This document shows positions 14,750 to 26,638 of a stretch of 64,000 bases of DNA, piece after piece. The stretch lies in contig OZ241830.1 of NCBI GenBank assembly GCA_965202585.1, positions 28,706,001-28,770,000 of the forward strand. The letters are read 5' to 3'. The stretch comes from Thalia democratica. Its lineage: Eukaryota. Positions within the stretch are counted from its first letter, which is position 1, and every line of letters starts with the position of its first letter. A program made the position numbers and the translations under genes. The notes beneath the pieces were generated by a model. The model did no database searches. It had not been told where the DNA came from and was given only the letters and a program-made list of their open reading frames with translations.

Positions 14750-17700
14750 CTACCTTACGTTTATGCCCTCACTACAAATCATCGTAACTGTACTGTTTAG
14801 CAAGTTCTTCATGACGTTGATATTATCAACAACAATGTCACTCTATTTAAAAAATTATGTTGTTGGTAAATCTCTTCTCAGAATTCAACTTTCTTACATT
14901 TTAGACCTAGCAATAACACTATAGCTTTTATATGCAAAGTTATGATGCTTTTGTTATTCAACCTTAAAAACAACTATTTTAATTATAAAATGTACACTAA
15001 CTACAAAAGCTTAATCGTATTATTCCTTTTTCTGAAATTATTTTTTTTTTGCTTAGTCGTGAGGAACTGTTATATTAATTAAGCCCAACAGAACTAATCA
15101 CTCTGCACTGGTCACAGCCGTAAAATTGCAACTGAGTTTCACAATTCAACGTCTGATTTAGTGTCAATTTTAATAAGTACCTACTGAAAACACTTCTTAC
15201 AACTGCTAATACATAATATAATACATAATAATATTATAGTTAAAAAACTATAACTTTTAAGTACATTTTAATATGTTAGGTAAATCTGAAAAATTTTGAA
15301 AAAAAACGTACCCTTGATACCCTCATGCATTGGCGTTGGGCATATTTATAGTAGACAAAGTTCATGCATTGACGTTTATTACATGTTGCCAAAAACAGTA
15401 AACCACACATGCGTTTAATTACAGGCATCAACTCATTCTTCGTGTAAGTGCTGTAATATTCCAACGCCGGATTCTGTGTAATTTCAAAAACATTATATGA
15501 ATGAAAATTAAGTTTAAGTTATAATACTTTCTAAACTTCTTTCTACAATATCCACCTACTGCTAACTTTTTTGATAAAATCTCTGTTTTTTGCTAACTAT
15601 TAAATATTAACTACAAATTTGCTTTCAGTTTTCATGATTATTACAATGATTAAAGAGAGAACTGTAGTTTATAAAATAACATACTAAAAGAATGCATGGC
15701 TTTGAATTCTAAATTAGTAAACAAGACTGAATAAACTTAACTGAGGAATGTGTCTATATTTAGATAGCTGTTCATATTGTAACTAATCACGATACTTATA
15801 AGTTAAGTATTACAAGTTAGGCGAATTTCATTTGATGTTTTGTTTTTTCAAGCAAACTTAAATATCTACTATAAGAATAGTTTTCTCAATACAGATAATC
15901 AAGTTGTTTTTAATTCGTTTTATTACATTAAGAAATTGAAAAAGAATAATTATGTTACAAATCTAATTTTAAATAACATTGATAGCCATAAATAAAATAC
16001 TAAACGCAAAAGAGCCCTAAAAATATCACATGGATATGCATGATTAACAAATAATACTTTCACTTACCCAAGAATCATCTCCGCGACTTAAATAAAGTGT
16101 GAAGCAAAGTGCAGCGGCCCCGACCTTCGACGGCAATATATGGGTTAACCTGTAGTCCAACAATGCCAACTCCATCAAGTATTTCGCTAAGTAGTGATGT
16201 TTTGGTTCGACCTGTTATTTAAAAGTTATTAAGTTATAACTTTATAGTATGGTGTTTTCTTCAATGTACGATATTTACCGATTTTTATTTTTACAGTACT
16301 TTCAACAAACAATTACAAAACAGTTTTAATCATCACCAGTAAAAGATTTACTACACACTATTTATTTACAATATTTAAATATTTGACTTACGTTACCAGC
16401 TAATGAGTACCGTCTTAGGAAGTTGAGGCAATTTGGCCTGTTGAGCTTGAACCTGATAACCTTGAATATTCTCTATTCCATCCGATTATCTTCATCTCTA
16501 GTAACTTCAATGCTGCTAATATGATTGAAATCTGAAACCTGCAAAAATTATAACATTTAGTTAAATTTATTATAATGCTTTGTTAAGTAGTATGGACAGT
16601 TTTTACACTCTATTTAAAAAGCTCTTTGTACAAATCGTGCTTTTGTAGTACCACCTTACGGTTCTTGAACATATATAATAATTCAAATTTGTAAATTTTA
16701 CTTCTTGAATAAAAACCATAGTCTTGACGTCTAAATTTATTCCTTAAATTAAAAAAAACGCATGCGTAATAACAAGTTTTTACAACAGTTTATAAAACTA
16801 CAAAGCTAGTCCGGAATAGATCCGTATATATTTTTACCGGCCAAAAGATACAAAACTATAAAATATTTTTATTTGTGTTATCTTTTTAATTAATTTCAGC
16901 AAAATCTAACCTCAAGAACATATATTTCTTTAAATTTAGAAGCAATATGCATTGCAGTCACTGCAACAAGCTGTAAATCAGCTATTGTTACAATATTACC
17001 TTCTACCTGTTGGTTAACTAATAATTTGAAACGATATATTTAAATAAAAGTTATAGTAAAAGGCATGTTTAAAATTTTAAAGGAATTTACTAAACAAAAT
17101 ATATGAATCTAAATAACTAACAGCTATACATCTTTCTACAATACCCACGTCCTGCTAACTTTTTTGAACTAACTTTTTTTAGTTAGTAACAAAAAAACGA
17201 ATAGCTAACAGCATAAGTGTTTTAACCAATCAACAACCACTTACCGCAAGATATCGGTCAAAAATATCCACCGTAGCGTACTGTATCTCCTGCATCAAAC
17301 CGAACATGTCACAAACTTTGATGATCCAGTCAATTAAAGATACACTGTATCTGTAATCCAGGTCTTTATCTGTTCGAATAACGAACTGGATTTTAGTTTC
17401 ACTTCTGAGCACAAATGTTAAAAGAAACTGACAGTTGATTTTATTTAGTCGGATATTCTTTACGTTTATACCACAACTTTCTTAAAATATTATTCTAACT
17501 ATGTAATCAGTTATTTATCCCAATCAACCATGTTAACCTTGAAGGTAATTCTTAGGCACGCTGAGCTGAGTTTCCCTGTAGAGCATCTGCTGGTATATCT
17601 CATCAACGTATTCCGGTTCGTAGTCTGACTCTGGCGGTTGGTTGATGTCAGGCACTTCTCTCTGTGATTGGTTGTAAGATTAAAACTTAATGTTTTAATT

Positions 17701-18517
17701 GTTTAATGATTTTTATTATTTCAATTTAGTTTATTCGCGTAAAAATATACATTTAGGCAAAAGAAGCGACTTTATACCAATTTAAGGTAAATTGTTTTAA
17801 TAGATTCTAATACATTTTCAGATAACCATGTAAGACTTAAAAAATTATAACCATTGTAGTCTTTACAATCATTGTTTTCTAATTATTTCATAATGCAAAT
17901 CTAATTATCTGACAGTAACACTTTGCAATGTTTATCAAATTTTCAGTTACATGACAATTCAAATTCGGACAATTCAAATTCCGACAACTCAAATTCTTAA
18001 AAAAATAATTAGAAGACTATATCTCAAAAAATAATTGAAATTTGAGAAAAATGAAAAATGTTTATGTAGACTTTATTAATATCTACAAGCCACTTTTTAT
18101 TTTTTGCAAAATTTTAAATACTTTTTAAGATATTTTGAAACTACTAAAAATAACTATGTTTTTTACTTTATTTAAACCATATACCAAAAAGTATTCATTG
18201 TTTTGCAAAAAGAAAAAAATTGCTTGAAGATATTAATAGGACTTACATATGTATTTTTTATATTTGACAAATATACAATACTTTTTTAGTTGTGGCCCTT
18301 TCAATTTTTTTTTAAGAATTTGAATTGTCCGAATTTGAATAGTCGTGCACCCCAAATTTTCAACAATTTAGCTTTTACTCAATATGACAATCTAATTTAT
18401 ATACATTTTTTTTTTAATAAAACTAACAGGTCGTATGCCGAAGATTGCAGTAGTTTCATCAGTCTCCAAGGACTTCTCATTTTCACTTTTCAATTTTTCC
18501 TCATTTGGAAAAAACAT
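14750..18517 (-). pseudogene. G2/M cyclin B-like gene, 8 exons, one premature TAG (recent pseudogene, null allele or base error)
   Basis: GT-AG exons with consistent phases: 18517-18428, 17661-17538, 17369-17245, 17006-16911, 16538-16392, 16211-16068, 15473-15312, 14842-14750. Translation shows cyclin B hallmarks: VPDIN..EYVDEIY..NYL, LIDW, TVDIFDRYL, LQLVAVTAMHIASKFKEIY, RPNCLNFLRRYS, HYLAKYLMELALLDY, PSKVGAAAL, LEYYSTY, VYYKY. In-frame TAG at 16475-16473 (ME*RIF). The first and last exons are less certain. Confidence 0.85.
17945..18352. mobile_element. MULE/Mutator-type MITE (408 bp) in cyclin intron 1
   Basis: ~35-40-bp imperfect TIR (AGTTACATGACAATTCAAATTCGGACAATTCAAATTC vs reverse complement GGGTGCACGACTATTCAAATTCGGACAATTCAAATTC). 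Perfect 9-bp TSD CAAATTTTC at 17936-17944 and 18353-18361. Confidence 0.85.
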
Positions 18518-19139
18518 GTAAGCATGCTTAGCTTCTTCTTCTCGGAGGGCGATTATCTTTGGAATATTTATTGGTTGTAAGATGAAAATTAAATGTTTTT
18601 ATTGAATAGTGATGGTTGTTTGTAATTCAAAGCTTGATATATTTATATACAAGTTTACTTTTTGCAAACGAAATTTAACTTAGTTGTTATGTCTTACCTT
18701 GTTTTAACAACTTCAAAACATTTACAAGCTAGCCAAGCAATTGGTATAAAAAATTATTTTCAATGATCTAAATTTAAAATATTTTTTTATAAATTACTTT
18801 AATTTTTATTCATACTAACAACAAAATTTTATTACCCTATATATTATTGCATGTTTTAAATAAGTATAGAAAATAATTTTTGGTTAATGTTTTTCTTGAA
18901 AAAACTTTAAGTTAGTCAAAATTTAATATTTTCTGTGACCTAACTCAAAACTTCAAATGTGAATAATAAAGTTCTAAATTTCAATAGTTGTGCACAAAAA
19001 AAATATAAGTTTAGGATTTATAATTATGTATTAATTTTAAGTATTAGTCAAAATACTATAATAAACATATTTTACTTATTTTTTTAATCGTGTAAGCGTT
19101 TAATTTTAAATTCTAATAAAACACGACACGTCGTTTTAT

Positions 19140-19490
19140 CAGGGTTGCCACTTTACCTGGAATCCTGGAAAAACATGTAATTTGGGAGATTTCAAAAAAT
19201 TCTGCAATTTTGAACAACAATCATATGTTCACTAGTAAAATTTCGATTTGACACAAAAATTATATCATATAAATAAATAAAATTTTTCATCACCAAATTT
19301 TATTATCATTAAAAAACATATTTAAAGAATCTTTACAGTATCTTTTCAATGTTTTTTTAATATTTAACACAGTTTCTTAACTTAAACTTAACTTTAAACT
19401 AAAAATAGACCCAAAAATGTGTACTTTAAAAAACATAGAAGAAATTTGGAAAACCTGGAAAAAATTTTGAAAAAACGAGTGGCAACCCTG
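19140..19490. mobile_element. hAT-like MITE (351 bp) with 6-bp TSD
   Basis: Perfect 13-bp TIR CAGGGTTGCCACT/AGTGGCAACCCTG flanked on both sides by TTTTAT. Confidence 0.85.
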
Positions 19491-20659
19491 TTTTATTATA
19501 AATCTGCTTGTTATAATGTTTTTACTTAGTGCTTAATTAAATTGAACAATTACGTTTAGTAATATGTATTAAATTTTTACACTAGTAATAGATTAGATAT
19601 AACACTTATTTTAAAACTTATCACTGAATTTGTTATGTTAAGGGCATAAGGGAGGTCAATCACCTTTTTCACAATTTAGTCTTATTTTATTGAGTTGTAA
19701 CTAAGCTATTAGTTGCTTTCTGCAGATTTTAAAAGCTTGAAATATTTTTTAAGATAAAGCTGGTTGAAGTCAGAGACTACAATAATACTAATCAAGTACC
19801 CCCAATACCTAAAACGACTTCTAAAGAGGATTTTCCTTACTTTGAAAAAATGTCAGGCTAAATTGGTCTCAGTCAGGCTAAATAAAAAAAAATTCGCGCA
19901 CGAACCCTAAACTAAGTCTTTTAATAGAGAGTTGGTGGAATTCATGTTGAAATGATTTAAAAATGTAACAAACGTTATAGATTATAGCTTAAGATTAAAG
20001 GTTATACGGTAGGAGCGCTTTATAACTATTCTGTTCATAATACAGAAGAAGTCTCGCATAAGTCTAGACTTGTTGAAAAGGTCCTTGCGGGACGCATAAT
20101 TTTGTAAAAATATATAACAAAAGTATTTATACTTAAATAACCTTTAAAATACACTGCTGTGTGTAAAAAGTATTATTTAGGACATGTGGATATTAATAAT
20201 TTCAAAATATTTGTTGCAGGGAAGCTCAAAATGTATTGTAAAACCTGTATTTATGGTAATAAATATGTATCTTACCAGAGATTTATGCTTGGTAGTTACC
20301 TATTGTAAGTGGACAAATTAGAGATCAGTTTTAATATTCAGAAGTTTCTTATTATTTTACTTAAAAATCAAGTTATGCCTTTGAAAGTTCATAAGAATCA
20401 AAATCTAGGTCCGGTAGTAAGAATTTGGGCTACTGTTGAAATATTTAAGTTTTGTGCTACATAACACTTAAATGTAATTTTATTTTATATCACACGTCAA
20501 ATTAACTACACTACTGAATTTTAGCAGCCTTTGTTTGTACTTTAATACTATAAATCAGGTACATTTCTGCAAATCCTGCAAATCTATAGAAACGTAAAGA
20601 TTTGTGCGAAAAAAATCGCTTTTGTTTCGTTTATTCAGCTTTTAAGACCTTGTTTCTTT

Positions 20660-22849
20660 GGGTAGCTGTCTAAATTGCGCGAGCGTACAAAATTGCACGA
20701 GGGGACAAAATTGCACGAAAACACAAAATTGCACGAAGATACTTTTGCACGAAGACTGATTTGCACGAGAGCACACAATTGCACGAAGATAAAATTGCAC
20801 GTAGACAAAATTGCACGAAGGTTCACTTTTGCACGAAGACACTTTTGCACGAGGGTACATTTTTGCACGAGCAGACAAAGATGCACGCAGACACTTATGC
20901 ACGAAGGGTCAATTTTGCATGAGTGACAATTTAGCACGGAGGGTCAATTTTGCACGAGTTTCGTTTCCTACCCAGGGACGGGTCAAAATTGCGCGTAGAC
21001 ATTTTTGCACGAGGGGACAAAATTGCACGAGAGAACTCTTTTGCACGAAATATAATATATATGTGTATAATATACTTAAAAAAAATTAAAAAAAATAATA
21101 ACTAAATAATAGAAAAATACGACAAAAAACTATATAATATTAAAAAAATAAGTAAAAAATATTAAGTAAAAGTTAAAAAAAAACAATTAAAAATAAAAAA
21201 GTAAATAAATATTTAGTAAAAAAAATAAATTAATAAAAGAAAATATTAGTTACTAGAAAAATAAAAAAAAATGATAGTTTTAAATTTAAAAAAGTTATTT
21301 TTAAGAAAAAAATAAGTATCAAATGTTAAATAGATTTTAGTAAATAATAAAGAAGTCAGAATTTAAAAAATCAAATAACTAAATAATAAATAAATTTTGA
21401 AAAAATCAAAAAATAAAATAGATTTATAAAAATTAATAAATTAAATAATAAATACATAAAATAAAAGTCAAAAACAAAAGTTAATAAAATTATTAAAAAA
21501 AGTTAAAATAAATGAAATAAGTAATTAGAAAAGTTTAAAAGAAATACTAATAATTAAAAAATTCAAAATGAACAAATTAAATAATAAACAAAAATCAATC
21601 AAAAAAAAGTTTATAAAAATAAAAATAAAACTAGATTATAAAATTAGATTCTAACCGTTATTAAAATATAACTACCAAAAAGAGTTTTATTTATACTAAT
21701 AATTTTTTTTGTTAAAATTAGAAATTAAGTAATTCTAGCTGTTGTACTATTATGTTTGTTTTGATTTAGTCAAAAGCTTGTATCTCCTTTTTATTCTAAA
21801 AAAGTAAGAAGAAAATTGCTTCTGTCAGTGCTTTTGCGCAAGTCTGGGTTAGATAAAGAGATAAAACAGAGCAGGAGAAACTTAAGATATAATTAGAGTA
21901 AAACGCGTGGTAATGAAACTAAGATAAAGTTTAGACAAATAGAAAATAATGATATTTAAATTATGTTTAAAATTTTTATAAAAAAAAACAATTTTAAGTA
22001 TAATTTATGGAAGTACACAGCCATAACAGAACTTTCTACACAATGCACAATAAAAATTTCATCAGACGGATTTTCTCCTTTCTAAATTTATTTAATTGAT
22101 TCACTGTTTTGCATGCTCGTTTTTTTTTTTCCAAAAATATCTTCGTGCAATTTTGTCCCCTCGTGCAATTTTGTACGCTCGTGCAATTTTAACACCTACC
22201 CATGTAAATATTATTTATTTTTTATTATTTTTTAATCTTGTTTTATTTTATATTAAAGTTTAGTATGATTTTAATTTAATTAAAGTTTACATCAATACAT
22301 GTTTTTTCTTTAATAAGGGATATTTTTATTAAAATAAAACCCTATTTTTATTTTTATTAAATTTTTTTTTAAATTTTTTATTAGTTTTTAAACACAATAA
22401 TTTAGTTTCAATTTAAAAAAAGCTAAATAAATTAAAAAATGAATAAAATTAATATAAACCTAAATAACTTAAAATTAACTACACTAATACATGCTTATTT
22501 TATTTTTTTTTATAAAATATAAAGGTTTTAATATATTTTTTATTTAGTTATTTTAAGTTAGTACTATTTTGTGCAAAATTGACCCTCCGTGCAAAACTGT
22601 TTGTCGTGCAAAATTGACCTTCCGTGCAAAATTGTAACTCGTGCAAAATTGAGCTTCCGTGCAAATTAGTCTTCGTGCAATTTTGTCCCCTTGTGCAATT
22701 TTGTGCCTGCGTGCAAACTAGTCCTCGTGCAAAAGTATCTTTGTGCAATTTTGTACACTCGTGCAATTTTGTTCTCGTGCAATTTAGTCCCCACGTGCAA
22801 TTTAGTAACCTCGTGCAATTTTGTCTTCGCGCAATTTAGACCCGTTCCC
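20660..22849. mobile_element. Foldback-like non-autonomous DNA transposon (2190 bp) with modular TIRs and 9-bp TSD
   Basis: GGG termini. Arrays of ~17-19-bp (A/T)TTGCACGA subrepeats at 20660-21050, inverted at 22140-22200 and 22570-22849, around an AT-rich core. TGTTTCTTT lies at 20651-20659 and 22850-22858. Confidence 0.85.
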
Positions 22850-23169
22850 TGTTTCTTTAGCTTTCAGTATTTATCTATACTTAGTTTTGCACTCCTGATA
22901 GATATTTTTTATTTATTTACGGTACTATTAGCACTTTTAGTGTCGTAAATATTGAACAAATAGAATACATCTTTGTTGGTTGGTGTAGATTTCTGTTATC
23001 AAATAGCAAACTATTGTAAAAAAGTCCATTTGAAAGCTTAATTCGGTTTAAATGATGTTAGAAAATAAAAAAAGTAAGTGTGAAAGAGGATCTTGTACTA
23101 TTGAAATGTTTGTGGTGAGTCGAAGAAAACTTAAAACTTTTTGAAATTTACATTTTTTTGTGTTACAAA

Positions 23170-23890
23170 AGAGCAAATGACAATAGAAGACATAAACAAG
23201 ATGAATTTTAAAGTAGATGAACCTCAAAGTAAACTAACATGAAGAAATAACATTTGTTTTAAATCAAATTGACTCTTTGAGTTGAATGTTTTAAGATTAA
23301 ATCCCTGTGTTTGACAAATAAACAAAAATAAAAAACTTTTTAAGCAATGTGATAATATCATTTCTGAAGTTTTATCAAGGAGATTAGAATCTATTAAATC
23401 AGAAAAAACAATACAAAATTACAAATACCTTGCAACAAAAAGACAAACTGAAAAACTCAATAATATAAACATTTTTTAAGAACAATTTAAACAAGTTATA
23501 GTTTTTTTTTTATATTTTAGAAATTTATTTTATAATTAAAACTTGTTTTAAAGATTTTATTAATGCTAGGTTAGTTAAAGTTTTTTTTTTCTCAAGATTT
23601 ATAAAAACAAATTATAGTTTTATTATTGTATTTTAGAACTTTATTTTTTAATAAAAACTTGCTTTAAAGATTTTATAAATGCTAACCTTAGTTAATATTT
23701 TTATTGCATTTTTTAGCAAAGTTAAAAGATTTAAATAGAACATTGTTAAATGCTTTATGAGTACTTACTATGGAAAAGTCTTTGGTTAATGAAAAGGTTC
23801 TAGCAGGAAAGGAAAGTTTTCAGGAAAAAGTTTTAGAACATTTTATTAGGCAAAAAAATAGGAAAATGAACATTTTTACGAATGAAAAAA
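23170..23890 (+). mobile_element. Decayed hAT transposase remnant (C-terminal dimerisation region)
   Basis: Broken frames give KVDEPQ, KQCDNIISEVLSRRLESIK, FSKVKRFK, LNAL*VLTMEKSLVNEK and FQEKVLEHFIRQKNRKM. These resemble the hAT C-terminal consensus (FS.LKRIK...RLNALA.L.IE...VI..F..K.RR). Confidence 0.55.
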
Positions 23891-25538
23891 TACTGTCTTG
23901 TATTTTATTTTTATGATTTTATTTATTTTTATTCTTCTCATCTAAGTGCTAGTTTTTATGTTAAGAAAATTCAAGAAAAAAAACCTTGGAATTGGTGTTG
24001 GTCATAGAGTAGAACTGTTCATAATACCTATTTTACTTCTATTTTAATATTATTTGTTTACAATGTTTTCTATGCATAGTTTTTATTATATGAAGTTTTT
24101 TTCAAAGTTTTTGGTTTTATTCCTAACTTTAAAAGATTTTTCATTATCTCTGTTTTTTTCATCTTTATATTAACAAGTTTTAAGTAGTTTACAAAATTAT
24201 AAAAAAATAAATTAGTACATTTGTATTTTCTAGTAAGCTTTACATTTTGAAAACTAGTTTTTGAGTTTTATTTGTATTACTACTGTAAACTTGGTACACT
24301 ATGTGTGGATTTCAATAAGTTTAGTTGTTTTACAGATTTTTAAAACTAAGTTTAAAAGTCAAGTTTTTAAGGTTAAAATTATGCAAATATAGTTTGAAAG
24401 TAGAACCACCCAGTACCATTGACATGCAAAGCTATTATTAAAGTCAATCAATCTGAAGTTCAGTTTGTTACAAAGAGTTCCAGATAAGTACTTCAAGAAA
24501 AAACTCTTTAAATGATGTTTTCAGACAACTATGTAAAATATTAAGTTTATTTTAACTTGTGTTTAAATATTATTGTAAATTTTATTTTTCTACAAGCATT
24601 GTTGTTTACAATTTAAAAATTTTTGTATTTTATCTTTTCTTTAAACGTATCAAGAATATGTATTGTATCTGTTGTTTTAAAATAAGTTTAATATAACCTT
24701 TTTAATCTAAGATTTAAAAGAAAAAGCTAATACTATTTATTTTAACAATTTTATAGTTGTTATTATTATAATAGTATTATTAATTCATAACAAGTTAAAA
24801 TATTTTTTTAAATATATTTTATGTTTAAAAATATTTATATTTAAATTTATTTTCATGTTTTACAATGTATTTGAAAACTATTGATGTTTAATATTCAAAG
24901 TTTGTGGTTATTTAACTAAGTCGTTATAATAACAAGCTTGTTTTGTAAAAAAAAAAGTTTGATTCTTTTTTACAGTTTATACTTAACAAATTTTCTTTTA
25001 GTAAGAAAATGTTTTATTCTTTTTTACAGCTTAAATCTTTATGCTACCAAAGCAAGTAATAACATTTACAAAGACATGTACTCTTACTTTCTTTATTAAT
25101 TATTTTTGACAAAATAAAGTAATTGTATATTAGAATTTTACTTAATGTTGTGAACTTTTTTATTTTATATCTCTTTTGTTTTTTATTAAACTCCTAATAT
25201 TTATGATTGTTATCTAATAAAAGCAAAAATTTTTGCAAATGTTTTCTGAATTGGGTAAACTGTTTTCAAGCTCATTTATTTTAGGTCTATCAGTAATACT
25301 ACTAAAGTTAAATTGATAATTAATATTTTTATTTTAAATGAAAGGTTTTATAGGTTCATAAAAGCTTCAACACATAAATAATTATAGGGGGTCAAGAGCA
25401 GTACAAATTGCCTTGTATTCAGTTGTTTAATATACTTCAACATTCAATTTATTTTTAAACTTTTAACAAAACTACACGTTTTCATATAAAATTAAAGGTA
25501 ATTAAAACTACTCCATTCCCGTTATGACGTCATCACAC

Positions 25539-25731
25539 GTTATTCTTGATTATTTTTTTTTGCAGATTCGTAACTTTTTTGAGCTAGCTACGTCTTTGGT
25601 GTATAATATACCTTTTTATGATTGTTTTATTTGTTTAAATCTGAATAATTAGTTTTAAGAGAAGTATAATCCAGGGACGTAGCTAGCTCAAAAAAGTTAC
25701 GAATCTGCAAAAAAAAATAATCAAGAATAAC
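25539..25731. repeat. Perfect 56-bp inverted repeat with 81-bp spacer
   Basis: 25539-25594 (GTTATTCTTGATT...GAGCTAGCTACGTC) is the exact reverse complement of 25676-25731. Confidence 0.95.
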
Positions 25732-26638
25732 TAAAAAATATATCTAAAGTACCGCTCGTGCAAAAGAGTCGCCGTGCACAAGTGTTCCCTAGTGCAAAAG
25801 TGACCTGTTCCCAATTTAAATACATCACAGCACTTATTTGTTATGCCTAGTTTATATAAAGTAGTCCTGATTGTCATTCATAATTGTTAGTAATATTCAG
25901 TTTCAAATCTAGTTATGGTTTTTAGTATGGAAGTGAAGTATACAATTGTAATGGAATGCATATTTCACATGCTCTTCCTTGTTTTAATGTTAATTGTTTA
26001 AATATTGAATATTGAGTTTTACAAAGTAAGCTCAACCAATGAAGCGTGTAGTTGCACAAAGACATTACAAATATACAGATTTGTGTTATTATCAGATATA
26101 GAGCTTGTACTGAGATATTGCTAAAAGCTATTATTAGTCCTTTTTTTGAGATGCATGTTATTTTTTAGTATGTTTGTTAATTAAGTTAAAATAGTTAATT
26201 CTTTTAGAGTTCATTAAATATTTTATAGTTCACACTGTTTAAAATTTTTAAGTATTTTCAACTTAAACTTGAATTGTTATTTAAGTTTTATTTGTTCCAA
26301 GTTATTTACAAAAGCAACTTATATTTTTGAAACAGTGTTGTTTTAATAGTGTTTTGTGGTTCTTTTTTATAATAGATACATTACCCAATTTGTGTGGTCT
26401 GATTTATATAAAGTAAACTAAAAAACCATCTAGTATTTATAATATTGTAATACATAAGGTAGGATTTAATTATGAAGAGTAGTACCAATAAATTAAAAGT
26501 ACCACAATCCATATCCTAAACAATAACCAACTAATTTATAAATTTATGCAATGCTTACTTTTCTTGGTAGATAACAATTTAAAAACATTTAATCTTGAAT
26601 AGGTTTTAATGATGCTACAAACTAGAAGTTAACTATTT

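Noticed and set aside
16473-16475. Alternative genetic code (TAG/TAA read as Gln) to explain the cyclin stop
   Set aside because: About 1790 codons of the CUB gene and 375 of the DUF3605 gene contain no in-frame TAA or TAG, Gln uses CAA/CAG, and genes end in TAA or TAG.
19975-20110. Minus-strand KDLFNKSRLMRDFFCIMNRIV, reminiscent of a CR1/L2 ORF2 tail
   Set aside because: Too short and weak to call without a search.
20660-21050. Short repeat plus variable spacer pattern superficially like a CRISPR array
   Set aside because: Repeats are ~8-11 bp, spacers ~8-10 bp and recurrent, there are no cas genes, the context is eukaryotic, and the arrays form the TIRs of a transposon.
21060-22550. Long A-rich then T-rich low-complexity tracts
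   Set aside because: They are the non-coding core of the foldback element.
20635-22948. Overlapping Cys/Phe-rich ORFs in the track (20635-21089, 22548-22948; also 2187-2420 and 10294-10509)
   Set aside because: They are translations of the TTGCACGA subrepeats, open in several frames on both strands, with no splice context or domain signature.
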